NCBI GenBank assembly: GCA_005223125.1
Contig: NJBH01000007.1
Location: 1-64,000 of the forward strand
Reading direction: 5' to 3'
From: Promethearchaeota archaeon Loki_b32
GTDB lineage: Archaea > Asgardarchaeota > Lokiarchaeia > Sigyniarchaeales > SOKP01
DNA: 64,000 nt
The notes under the pieces are model-generated. The model did no database searches. It was not told the DNA's origin and was given only the letters and a program-made list of their open reading frames with translations. This document shows positions 1 through 10,162 of the stretch, piece by piece. Numbering within the stretch: the first letter of the stretch is position 1; every line of letters begins with the position of its first letter. Position numbers and translations under genes: made by a program.

Positions 1-220
1 AGATGAACCATTCCCTATGAAAGCTTTGGCCGCTAGAATAGCAACCATATTTTCTAAAGGGCATGTAAACTATATTGAAGATCAAAATATTATTTCTATT
101 TTAAATGGTAAGATCATAGTTGATGAGGATGAAGTTAGAGGATCCGGTCCTTCAGCAGAACGGGTAAAAAAGATTTTCGAACAATTTAAAATGGATTTAG
201 AAAGCCCACCAGAAGAATAA
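1..220 (+). CDS. 3' end of a hypothetical protein (truncated by window edge)
   Basis: Frame is open from position 2 (DEPFPMKAL...) to TAA at 218-220, followed by a T-rich tract. Confidence 0.6.
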   Translation, partial: DEPFPMKALAARIATIFSKGHVNYIEDQNIISILNGKIIVDEDEVRGSGPSAERVKKIFEQFKMDLESPPEE

Positions 221-249
221 CTTTTTTTTATTTATTAATTTTGAGGATT

Positions 250-753
250 TTATTCGTTTTCAAATAAATTAATTAAATTTTTAAGCTGTAAATCCTTGAT
301 GACATTTTTCATAGTAGCTTTTCCTAAAGGTGTAACTTTTATTATTCCAAATTCATCAAACACCCTCAAATAATCGTTATTGATTAAAAAATGAACATCA
401 TTATCCCATACTTCTTTAAAGATTTCTTTCAAATCCTCAATTTTCATATTTTCATCAACTTCCTTACTTAAAGCAATTATTAGTGCTAAAACGCCATACT
501 GAGATGGTGTAATATTATCCTCCTTACCTTCCGACGTTAATACATAGTAGATATGATCTTGAAAGTGTGTTTTTATAAGTTCAAAACCAACTTTATTTAA
601 TAGTTCATAAACATCGTTAAAAATTGTATCTAAATCTAAATCTAAAGGGCGATCGTAGAGATTTTTCAGATCAGCTTTTCGAATCATTTTTTGAGGATTT
701 GTTAAAATGAGTGTTGCTATTCTTTTTACAAATTCTTCACGGTTATCTATCAT
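250..753 (-). CDS. KITE-family (Nse3/MAGE/ScpB-like) tandem winged-helix protein
   Basis: Pattern ILT..QKMIRKADL...IFNDVYELLNKVGFEL...YYVLT...YGVLALIIAL resembles the MAGE/Nse3 WH-A/WH-B consensus; C-terminal wing IKVTPLGK; lies downstream of an SMC-like gene. Confidence 0.6.
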   Translation of the reverse strand: MIDNREEFVKRIATLILTNPQKMIRKADLKNLYDRPLDLDLDTIFNDVYELLNKVGFELIKTHFQDHIYYVLTSEGKEDNITPSQYGVLALIIALSKEVDENMKIEDLKEIFKEVWDNDVHFLINNDYLRVFDEFGIIKVTPLGKATMKNVIKDLQLKNLINLFENE

Positions 754-772
754 TCTTATTTCATCGTTTATC

Positions 773-2326
773 TTAAATAGTTAGTACATTTAAATTTTTT
801 ATTTGTTCTTTCATTGCCAAATTAGACAATATGAAAATCAGATTAAAACTCTTAAGATTATTTTCTCTCTCGAATACAGGAATGATTTTTCTTAAAGTTC
901 GAAAAATCGAGCCTCGTTTATTATATGTTTTTGGTAATAATATGTTTGAAAATATTATATTTTTAAAATTGAACATTATTTTAATTGAAATGTAAAATAC
1001 AATCACAAAAAAGACTTTTTCGGGGGTAGTTAATTCATTAAAGGAGAGAATTGTCTTTTTTCTAACTTGAAAAAAATTAAGTTGAAATTCTATATTTTTA
1101 TTATCTTGACTAATCATAGTCTCTATTTCTAATTTTAAATAGATTTGTAGAAGGAAATTATTCAATAACTTCTCCAAATTTTGGATTAAATTCTCCATTT
1201 GCTTAAAATTTTCAATACATTCAATTATTTCGGTTTCTTTTAATAGAGTATTAATTTCTTGATTATCACTAATTTTAATTTGTAAAGATTTGAATTCTTC
1301 CTTAATTTTTAAAAAAATATTTGGATGATTGATATTGAGGAACTGATTTGATTTACGAATAGAGTACATTTCATCTTCAATTTTTTGAATTTGTTTGTTA
1401 ATTTCTTCAGTCGATTTTAGGAGATCTGATATCCTAAATTTATCTAAATTTTCATTTAATTTGTTTCCTAATTCCTTTTTTATTTCGTTTTGTTTATTTT
1501 TATCAGTGTTTAAATGATTTAGCAGATCTTGATAATTTAATTCCAAAATATCAAATCTAGTAGTATATTTCTCTAATTCTAAACGAACATTATTTAGTTT
1601 TTCAGAGGTTTTTTTGATTTTGTATTGAAAATTTTTAGCTTGTTTATTTAATTCTTGGAATCTTTTCGAATACGATAAATTATTGTTTTTTTTTTCATTT
1701 TTTATTGGATATTCATCCATTTCCTCCATGATCTTACCAATTTGATTGATACATTCTTTCTTAAATCCTTCTAAATTCTTAATTTTAATATTTTAATTAT
1801 CAATTGCTTTTTTAATTTCATTTATTCTATTTCTTTCTTTTAAATAATCCTCTTCAAAATATTTTAAATTTTGTTTGCTTAAAATAGTGGAATCATTTAA
1901 TTTTTTTAATTTCTCAATTATCTCCGTTGACTCACTCATTGAATTTGTTTTTTTTAAGATTTTTTGTTGTTCTAACAAAGTTTCCTTTTCTTTTATAAAA
2001 GAATTATACTTTAAAATAGAAATATATGATAGAATAAGCCCGTTATAGAGATCAATAATATTAATATTATATTTTGTAATTGAACGAAATTTTATTAATA
2101 TTTCTAACATTTCTAATGATTTATCAATATCCTTATATTGATTTTTAAATATTTTAACAAAACTAATGATAGGTATAACTTTAAAATCTTTTATTATGCT
2201 AAATAAATCTAGGTCTTGAATTTGGTTTGAGATATCCTCATTAAATTTTCCTTGGATAAGACTAAATCGATTTCTTATTTCAATTTCTTTATTATCAATA
2301 TCTAGTTTAAAAATTATTAGGATCAC
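773..2326 (-). pseudogene. Degenerate SMC/Rad50-like coiled-coil protein interrupted by one in-frame TAA (1793-1795)
   Basis: ORFs 1793..2326 and 773..1729 are in the same frame, joined by 21 sense codons (NIKIKNLEGFKKECINQIGKI); long coiled coil; C-terminal SFNELTTPEK-hydrophobic helix resembles a degenerate LSGGE signature. Confidence 0.55.
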
Positions 2327-3219
2327 TCCTTCTTTTTATTCTTAATTTTCTTCAGGTATTCTTGATATTTTTCTTCTCTTTTTTTCCTTAGTTCTCTTAT
2401 TAACGCAATTGGATCTTGTTGATCATCTCTGGGAATGAAATATTTCTCTTTAAATTCACTTCCTAATTTAGATTTGAATTCTTCAATTTTTTGTGAAACA
2501 TCTTTAGTAACTTTAGTGGATATCTCTGGTTTTTCTTCAAGGATCTCTAGACTTTCTCTGCTTTCTCTACGCCGTCTTCTTTTAAATTCTTTTTCAGAAT
2601 ATTTTAAATATTCCTGATATTTATTTAATTTTTGGCTGAATTTTTTATCTAGTAACTTATTCGAATTTTCTATCTCTTCTTTTTCTTTAATCATTTTCTC
2701 AGTTAATCTGAATTTTAAAATTTCAAGGAATTCTGCAACTTTTTGCAAAATTGATAAAAATATTGAATTGTGTTTTAGAGAATTAGATAATGATATCCAT
2801 TGATCCGAATTTAAAGCTAGTACAAAAGAGGTTTTTTCGATAATCTTACATATATTTTTGTTTTTAATTAAAAATAAACCAATTTTATGTACCACATCAG
2901 ATTGGTTTAATTCCAAGTTCTTTAGATCTTCTTTAAAACTACTTTTATATTTGGCGATTAAGTTGTCTTGAAAATTAAGAAATTTATATGTGTTTGTTGT
3001 CGTTATTTCAGCTAATTCTCTATATACTTCTTTTATATTATTATTTATATCTTGAATTTCATTAAATTTATCTTCCTTGAAATCTTGAGTTAATATATTT
3101 TTGTTTTCATCAAAAAATTCATGTAGTTCTTCCAAATTATTTAATTTTCCCTGTAATTCTCCAATTGGACTTGTAATTTCTTTAATTTTTTCAAGATTAA
3201 ATATTTGGTTTTCTACCAT
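2323..3219 (-). CDS. Hypothetical helical/charged protein
   Basis: 298-aa ORF overlapping the next gene by 4 nt; no recognisable motif. Confidence 0.65.
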   Translation of the reverse strand: MVENQIFNLEKIKEITSPIGELQGKLNNLEELHEFFDENKNILTQDFKEDKFNEIQDINNNIKEVYRELAEITTTNTYKFLNFQDNLIAKYKSSFKEDLKNLELNQSDVVHKIGLFLIKNKNICKIIEKTSFVLALNSDQWISLSNSLKHNSIFLSILQKVAEFLEILKFRLTEKMIKEKEEIENSNKLLDKKFSQKLNKYQEYLKYSEKEFKRRRRRESRESLEILEEKPEISTKVTKDVSQKIEEFKSKLGSEFKEKYFIPRDDQQDPIALIRELRKKREEKYQEYLKKIKNKKKE

Positions 3220-3441
3220 ATGAGATTAACTATTAGTTTTTAATAATACTAGTCTTTATTCATATAAATTATAGAAAACTTTTAAAATTTTTAATTATCT
3301 CTTTCTTTTCTACTCATTTCACGTACTATGATGGGACTATTCTTTTTATTTACCCTAAGAATTTTTTTTAACATTAAAAAATCAATATGTGTTCATTAAA
3401 AATTTCCTTATAATATAAATTAAAATCCCTCGGGTTTATAG

Positions 3442-4827
3442 TTAAGTTAATGCTTTCCTTATATCATTCATTGCTTTTTCTAATTCGTTATTGTTAGAGT
3501 AAACTTTGATTTCAGCAAATCCATTCGATTTGTATGCAGTTGCTTTAAATGTACCATTTTTTATGGAAATATAATGATCATACTCCTTAATCGCTGCAAT
3601 ACCATTTAATTTTTCCACTAATAATTCTAAGGAGTTTCTTGTTCTAATCAACCCGACACGCATTTCAGGTTTTATGGGAGTTTGGCTAAATTCTTTCTCA
3701 AATATCATATTTTTGCATGTATTAACTTCAAACCGGAATGGAGAGTAATTTCGAACTATACAAGCACCTCTCATTAAGCGAGTATTGATACATTTTAAAC
3801 ATGAATTACAGCTATTATAATCAATAAATAAGGTATCCTCTTTAATACTCATTGATTTACAAAATGCAACACACGCACCACAGCCTACACAATTAAGAGC
3901 CTTTTCTACAAGAATTTTCACTTTTTGTCTTTGAAGCTTTTTCTTAATAACAATTGAATTCCGAATTATCTCATAGTCCTTTGATAAAATAGGAATTACA
4001 TTCTCCACTCTTTTAATTTGGTGTGAATTCTCTAAGTTTATAAATGTAATTTCAGGCATAACTTCAATTTTACCTTTTAATTCAGAGTTTTGTGGTCTTC
4101 TATAGGCTGTCCATTTATGATTTTTAATAAAGTCATCTATATTTTTAATACCAAGCCCCTTGCAGTATTTAAAAATAATTCTTAATGTGTTTTGGAGAAA
4201 TATATATTTGTCAGGGAAATGTTCTTCGATTATATTCCAATCTGTTTTAGTTTTAAAAGGGCAGGGCCAACATCCTACTCTTTTAAATCCTAATTTGTAC
4301 AATGGATTGGTTGGTAATTTGTTTGTGTGAATATATGCCCAAACTTCTTGATTTGACCAATCAAGGATAGGATTTATTTGCTTTATTTTAATATGTTTAT
4401 TCATATCGTTTTTCTTATAGTTCTTGCGTCGTGCATGTTCTTCCCCCCTCAAACCAGTTACATAAGATACGATTTTTTTTTCTCTAGCAAAAATAGCTAG
4501 AGGTGAAAATTTATAAACCTTACAACACCATCTCATTGATCTCGAAGGGAATCCAATTTTATGTACAAGTTCAAAAAATGGTACCGGAGCAGTCACTGAT
4601 TCCACCTTTATATCATAAAATTCTTCTACTCTTCTAATGTAATCAATAGTTTCTTGAAATTCCATAGTTGTATCGCAAAATACAACACTATCAATTCCGG
4701 TTTTAATGGCTAAATCAAGGGCGACTAGACTATCTTTACCCCCTGAAAAACATACACAAGCATTTTTATTATACTTTTTAAGAAAATTTATAGATGTCTG
4801 TTCTTTCAATTCAAAATCCTTTTTCAT
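3442..4827 (-). CDS. PAPS-reductase-family (DndC/TdpC-like) protein with C-terminal ferredoxin-type Cys motifs
   Basis: PP-loop FSGGKDS, RWCC, RVGCWPCP, then CVGCGACVAFC and CNSCLKC; probable ATG start at 4827 (ORF track gives 4881). Confidence 0.85.
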   Translation of the reverse strand: MKKDFELKEQTSINFLKKYNKNACVCFSGGKDSLVALDLAIKTGIDSVVFCDTTMEFQETIDYIRRVEEFYDIKVESVTAPVPFFELVHKIGFPSRSMRWCCKVYKFSPLAIFAREKKIVSYVTGLRGEEHARRKNYKKNDMNKHIKIKQINPILDWSNQEVWAYIHTNKLPTNPLYKLGFKRVGCWPCPFKTKTDWNIIEEHFPDKYIFLQNTLRIIFKYCKGLGIKNIDDFIKNHKWTAYRRPQNSELKGKIEVMPEITFINLENSHQIKRVENVIPILSKDYEIIRNSIVIKKKLQRQKVKILVEKALNCVGCGACVAFCKSMSIKEDTLFIDYNSCNSCLKCINTRLMRGACIVRNYSPFRFEVNTCKNMIFEKEFSQTPIKPEMRVGLIRTRNSLELLVEKLNGIAAIKEYDHYISIKNGTFKATAYKSNGFAEIKVYSNNNELEKAMNDIRKALT

Positions 4828-4919
4828 GAATAACAAAGGGATTTCGAATATATTAATTTTAATATCCAGGACATTAAGCAAATTTTATAAATTTATTTAG
4901 CAATTGGAATTAAAATATG

Positions 4920-6413
4920 TCAATGTTCCAGTAATTTTCTCCATTCATCATAAACTTTTCCGATTATTAATTCTTCAGGATTATATTGAGAATTTTGAGT
5001 ATAAATCTTTATTAAATTTTCGGTTAAAGTTTTTATATCAGCTTGATTGTTTTTTAAGTTTAGTAACAACGGACTGTTTACATTAAAACTTACTCTTTCA
5101 TCCTCTGAAATTTTTAGATTTTCTCTAACAATCTCCTTAAATCTTGTATTGCGATCAGAAGATAATGCAATTGAAATATGCAAAATTTTACCAATAAGCA
5201 TAGAAAAGCTAGAAAGTACTAACCTACTACGCAGTCTTGAATTTTGTACTAGTTGTTCCCATTCAGATGAATAAATATACTTGATGGCATTGAAGTAATC
5301 TTTAATCAATTCTAGATTAAACTTATAACGACTATCAATTTCAGGAATAGGTAAATCTTCCTTATTAAATGCCTCATATTCTAAAATTTCTTGGATTATA
5401 TAATTCATAGCCCCCCACGATATCAATTCTCCTTGAATTCTTGGTAATCCTCGATTTTTCATGTCAATTATACCGTTAAAAGGGCTATCTTTATCTGTAT
5501 TCAAATACCTAATTAGTGAGGAAATTAAAGCATCTTTTTTATCTTTCTTAGTCATTGTTTCTTGACTATAATCATCTAACGTGCCTATTAAATCCTTCCT
5601 GAAATTCTTAGGAAGATTTTGTGTTTTATTTGCATGTGAAAAAGTTCTTCGAATAAAATTAAGTTTAATTCCTGTATCCTTGTTGTAAAATTCCCCAATA
5701 GCAATAGTTACTGGTCCTACCAATTTCAGAGAATCTGGATCTTCTGAAGCTATAGCTATATTTTCTAAAGCCCACATTCTTTGCTGTCCATCTAAAATCC
5801 AGCCTGGTTTTTCAGCATCATATACATGGCCATCATAAGTAATAATTATAACTCCTATTTCTTGACCATTATAATCTCGAAGTTTAGTATATTCTATTCT
5901 GTTTAAATCAAAATAAATAATTGCTGTAGACCACATTTCAGCTTTGGAAGATTTTAACCCCTCCTTTAATTCCTCAACCCATTTGTCATGCCTTTGTCTT
6001 TGTACACCCATACCAATTTCGTTTATTTTATCTGGTGAAGTATACCTATGAATTCCACAAATTTTTCGTAGATCATAGAAATTAATTAGCCCAACACACT
6101 GAAATAAGCTGAATTTAAATTCATTATCTGTTTCAAAATTTTCTTCTCTTTCTAAATTCCTCTTCATCCATTTTCCTATAACAAGAATTTCTATGGTCCC
6201 TTCGTCTTCGATTTTTTTATACATATATAAATTTTTTGTTCCAGGCCCCTGATTGATTGGTTCAATTTCTCCTCTATTTACCATTTGAGGTATAATTGTT
6301 CTGGTAGTATTTATATTTAGTTCTGCAATTTGAGATATTTCTCTCGCTGTCAATGGGAGGTACGCCCTACTTAAAACTGATAAAATTTTATCTTGTGATG
6401 TTAAATCCGACAT
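4920..6413 (-). CDS. DGQHR-domain (DndB/DpdB-like) protein with N-terminal winged HTH
   Basis: GVQRQ motif, ILDGQQR core motif, F...N..Q; N-terminal PLTAREISQIAELNINTTR HTH. Confidence 0.85.
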   Translation of the reverse strand: MSDLTSQDKILSVLSRAYLPLTAREISQIAELNINTTRTIIPQMVNRGEIEPINQGPGTKNLYMYKKIEDEGTIEILVIGKWMKRNLEREENFETDNEFKFSLFQCVGLINFYDLRKICGIHRYTSPDKINEIGMGVQRQRHDKWVEELKEGLKSSKAEMWSTAIIYFDLNRIEYTKLRDYNGQEIGVIIITYDGHVYDAEKPGWILDGQQRMWALENIAIASEDPDSLKLVGPVTIAIGEFYNKDTGIKLNFIRRTFSHANKTQNLPKNFRKDLIGTLDDYSQETMTKKDKKDALISSLIRYLNTDKDSPFNGIIDMKNRGLPRIQGELISWGAMNYIIQEILEYEAFNKEDLPIPEIDSRYKFNLELIKDYFNAIKYIYSSEWEQLVQNSRLRSRLVLSSFSMLIGKILHISIALSSDRNTRFKEIVRENLKISEDERVSFNVNSPLLLNLKNNQADIKTLTENLIKIYTQNSQYNPEELIIGKVYDEWRKLLEH

Positions 6414-6573
6414 AATTTCACCTTTTATTTTTATTTACTATATATAATATAATAATTTTCATATAAAAATCTTATTTAAGTTAATAATATCGAAATATTT
6501 ATAAGTATTAATTTTAATTATATTATTAAAAAAGTTAATATATAATTATTAATTAATATGAGGAGGTAGTTAT

Positions 6574-6909
6574 TTGAGAAGTTCTACTTTTTTTTTAAAA
6601 TTTAAAGAAGAAAATGGCTTCAATTACAGGAAAATTGTAAATATCCTAAATAACTTAAAATTTGATCATATTATTTATTTTGATGAAATTAATTTTTTGA
6701 CAGAGGAATTCTTACACCAGTATTCTTTATTAGAACGCCAAATTATTATAAAAAATCTTATTTCTGAAAATTATTCTCAATTGGAAATTACATTTGAGAT
6801 ATTTTCGAAATTTTGGGGAGAAAAGAATGATCCATTATTACTTAATAAAACAACATTAGATGTGTTAGATTTAATCAAAAAATCTGAAGGATGTTTAGAA
6901 TTGTATTAA
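6574..6909 (+). CDS. Hypothetical protein
   Basis: TTG start preceded by GAGGAGGT Shine-Dalgarno; co-oriented with the HerA fusion gene. Confidence 0.6.
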   Translation: MRSSTFFLKFKEENGFNYRKIVNILNNLKFDHIIYFDEINFLTEEFLHQYSLLERQIIIKNLISENYSQLEITFEIFSKFWGEKNDPLLLNKTTLDVLDLIKKSEGCLELY

Positions 6910-6930
6910 TAAAATGAGAGGAGATATAAA

Positions 6931-9270
6931 ATGAATCAAATTAAAAAATCTGTTAGTGATTTATTAGATAAAGGTTATGGTAGACTAATATGTGAGCAGG
7001 GTGGAAAGCGGGGAAGAGTTTTACATCAAGTATCCACAACATATTATAAAAGAATTTTTAAAGGGGGGAATAAAAGAAATAAAGTGAATTATAGAATTTT
7101 CAGTCAGAATTTAACAAAGCAAAAGATAGATATCTTAGCAGATATCAAAAAGAATCCTGATTATGAAATATATCAAGAAGATGTTAAGATTCTCTTAGAT
7201 AAAATACATTATAACATACGTATGATTGCCAAAACACATAGTAAAATTAATTATGCGATTGTTATACCAAAAAAGATTGAAATTGAATTCTTTGGTGGAG
7301 AAGCTTCTTTTGAAGTTGAAGAGGTTGGAAAAATTGGTGGATTGAAAATCAATGCTCGAGTTGATTGTCTGATTGAGTTAGATTCAGAGAAATTTATAAT
7401 AAGAGAATTTAAATCATATGAATTAAACAAAGATGATGAAGTGAGCAATTTAAAATCAAAAAATCATAGAGAATTTATGCAAACTTGCCTATATGGAATT
7501 ATTTTTGAAAAAGCAAGGCATCAGAAATGCGGAGCTGTTCAATTAGTGTATTTTCCAAATAAAGTTGTCTCCTATAATTTTACGGATGATTTAAGGGAAA
7601 CTGCTATAAAATTTGCAATGAATACAGCATTTGAAGGATTTAACGGTATCAATTTTGAGTTTACCTCAGAAGATGATGAAGATCATAATGATGTTAAAGA
7701 TAGCCATACCAAAATGAGTGATTTGCATATTAAATCTGCATCTACCACCTCATTTAGTGATCCATGGAATCATTATAATACTAACGGGAAATCTGAAGAT
7801 GAGGAAGGTTGTCTAGGAAGCATTAACACTGTTAAGGGAAAACCTCTTGAGCTTGTTATGGGTGGTGATAACCAGATGAAAGGATATTTATATCCTAATA
7901 AAGCACACCTCATAAGAGATGGATATTGCGTGATTGTTGAAAAAGAGGAGGATGGAGTGAGAATAATGTGCATTGTTAAAAAAATAGAATGCTCTGAAGA
8001 CCATTTTCCTGGAGAAACTTCAAGTCACAAAGAAGATAACTATAAAATTACTTTGAACCCTGTTGGGCAATTTACACCAGAAGGTTATCAGGCCTTGAGA
8101 CCTCAAACGGTAATTGGTGGAAAAATCAAAATACCAACGCAAAATGAGTTCTGCGAATTTAAAAAAATTCCCCAAAATGGAATGGAAATTGCAAGCGTAG
8201 AAGGATTAAATGCAGGAATTCCATATTTACTTAAAATAAGAACATTATATCAAAGTGTGTTCATGAGTGGGCAACAAGGTTCTGGGAAAACATCTGCATT
8301 GAAAGTACTATCACTTTTAATTGCTCAAGAGAAAGATTCTCCTGCACAAATTATTCTTGATAATGAAGGAGAATATGGTGATTTAGCAATTATTCCTTCT
8401 ACCAAACAATCAGCGAAATTAATGAGAATACATAGAATTAATGCTCTTAATCTCAATAATTTTAGGTTTATTAATATAGGCACAGATGAGGGTTTTTGTC
8501 TTACATTAAAAGCGATTGATCCTGTTGATTTACCTTATTTCATACATGAATTAACGCCAATATCTCACGATACCTTGCAAACAATAATTTATGATATTAT
8601 TGAAGAAAATAAGGGAAAGGAGTTTACACTTCCAGAACTAAAGAAATTTATTTTCTATTATATGGAAAATGAGATATATAGCGCGACATCTGGAACTAAA
8701 TCCGCAATAAGAAGGGCGTTAAATTCCATCTCTCTAAGAATTTTCGATTTATCCGATGTAGAACCAATCGATTTTGAATCTATGTTAATCCCTGGCAAAA
8801 TAACAGTAATTAATTCATACAATTTGAGAGATTCACATCAAAGAATTGTAGGGTTATATTTATTAGCTATTCTTCATAAACGTGCTTTAAAAGGAAAAGA
8901 AAAGCTTAAGGTTTTCTTACATTTGGATGAAATCCAACGCCTCCTTCCCAAATCGAGATCACAATCAGATTCGGAATACTTAAAACGTATTGTTAAATTT
9001 TTAGACGAAATTGTACATCGCGGTAGGAAAAGGGACTATGGAGTAGCATTTGCAACCCAGAGTATCATGGATGTGAAAAAAGAAATCATTGATCTGTGTA
9101 ATACTAAAATTTTCCTTCAGACACAAGGAAGTGGAAGCAACTACTTGAGGGAGTACTTTAATAACAAGCAAGATATAGAACGATTAAAGCGCCTTCCCCA
9201 AGGACATGCTTATATTACGAGTAAGGGGAAGCATGATCCAGTAGAAATCAAATTTCCTTATATAAATTAA
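6931..9270 (+). CDS. PD-(D/E)xK (RecB/Cas4-like) nuclease fused to HerA/FtsK-family ATPase
   Basis: ARVDCLIE...IIREFKS...QTCLY nuclease motifs; Walker A GQQGSGKT, LDNEGEY, Walker B LHLDEIQ, RGRKRDYGVAFATQ. Confidence 0.85.
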   Translation: MNQIKKSVSDLLDKGYGRLICEQGGKRGRVLHQVSTTYYKRIFKGGNKRNKVNYRIFSQNLTKQKIDILADIKKNPDYEIYQEDVKILLDKIHYNIRMIAKTHSKINYAIVIPKKIEIEFFGGEASFEVEEVGKIGGLKINARVDCLIELDSEKFIIREFKSYELNKDDEVSNLKSKNHREFMQTCLYGIIFEKARHQKCGAVQLVYFPNKVVSYNFTDDLRETAIKFAMNTAFEGFNGINFEFTSEDDEDHNDVKDSHTKMSDLHIKSASTTSFSDPWNHYNTNGKSEDEEGCLGSINTVKGKPLELVMGGDNQMKGYLYPNKAHLIRDGYCVIVEKEEDGVRIMCIVKKIECSEDHFPGETSSHKEDNYKITLNPVGQFTPEGYQALRPQTVIGGKIKIPTQNEFCEFKKIPQNGMEIASVEGLNAGIPYLLKIRTLYQSVFMSGQQGSGKTSALKVLSLLIAQEKDSPAQIILDNEGEYGDLAIIPSTKQSAKLMRIHRINALNLNNFRFINIGTDEGFCLTLKAIDPVDLPYFIHELTPISHDTLQTIIYDIIEENKGKEFTLPELKKFIFYYMENEIYSATSGTKSAIRRALNSISLRIFDLSDVEPIDFESMLIPGKITVINSYNLRDSHQRIVGLYLLAILHKRALKGKEKLKVFLHLDEIQRLLPKSRSQSDSEYLKRIVKFLDEIVHRGRKRDYGVAFATQSIMDVKKEIIDLCNTKIFLQTQGSGSNYLREYFNNKQDIERLKRLPQGHAYITSKGKHDPVEIKFPYIN

Positions 9271-9380
9271 TTCTTTTCTTTTTTTTATTTTCTATGTATG
9301 TTATGTGGAAAGATATAAAAAAGAATAAAAAGAATAATATAAAAATGTTTTATAACAGAAGAAAATAGGGACTATTAGAA

Positions 9381-10136
9381 ATGTTGAAAAAAGAGAGAAT
9401 GGAAATAATAAAAGAACTAAAACATTTAAAAAACAGACAGAATGAAAGCAATAAGGAGGTAAAAAAGCTACAAAATGAATTTTCCTATATGAAAAGCAAT
9501 ATTAATAAAAATGATGATGAAATAATGAAGAATAGTCTCAAATTAAATGAGTTGTACAACAAGAAAAATGAACTTAAGAAGATTAATACGTCGCTCATTA
9601 ATGAAGAAATAGAAAAACGACGAGTTGAAATTGAGGCTTTATACGAATCTCAAAGTGATAAACTACTAAATTTAGGTGGATTTAAAAAAGATAAAGATAG
9701 GCTTAATGCTGTTTTAAAAGAATTGAAAAAGGCACAAGAAAAACAAACTTTATGTTGGATATGTGGTAGTAATAACATAGGCAGAGACCATATTGAAAAA
9801 GAGTTAGAAGATTTAAATAAACTAATTAATCCACTTCAGGATAAATTAGATTCTATTAGAAAAAAAATTAGGATAAGTAAAGAACAAATTCTAAAGAACC
9901 AAGAATTGAAAAAAAGAAAAAATTTAATTCTTGATATTCAAAAACATATCAAACCCATTTTTGAATATACAGCGAAACTACAAATGGATAAAGATATTCA
10001 AGAAGAAAAAATAGAGCGCATCATAGCAGAAATACCTGCAATTGAAGCAAACATAGAATCACGAGGAAAAAGGATACAGCAAAAGGAACTGGAATTAAAA
10101 GTTGTCGAAGATAAAATTAAAAAAATGTTAGACTGA
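9381..10136 (+). CDS. Headless coiled-coil protein with Rad50-type zinc hook (CWICG); paralogue of the arm of 14423..16432
   Basis: Colinear similarity to the central part of the SMC-like ATPase (KK.R.EII.E.K; L.EL.K..E....CW.CG...I.R..IE; IESR.K.I.Q); no Walker motifs. Confidence 0.75.
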   Translation: MLKKERMEIIKELKHLKNRQNESNKEVKKLQNEFSYMKSNINKNDDEIMKNSLKLNELYNKKNELKKINTSLINEEIEKRRVEIEALYESQSDKLLNLGGFKKDKDRLNAVLKELKKAQEKQTLCWICGSNNIGRDHIEKELEDLNKLINPLQDKLDSIRKKIRISKEQILKNQELKKRKNLILDIQKHIKPIFEYTAKLQMDKDIQEEKIERIIAEIPAIEANIESRGKRIQQKELELKVVEDKIKKMLD

Positions 10137-10162
10137 TATATTTAAGATTTTAAAAGATATAG

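Noticed and set aside
1793-1795. Selenocysteine or pyrrolysine readthrough of the in-frame stop
   Set aside because: The codon is TAA, not TGA or TAG
6931-7650. Cas4/CRISPR association of the nuclease domain
   Set aside because: No Cas4-type Fe-S cysteine arrangement, no other cas genes and no repeat-spacer array in the window
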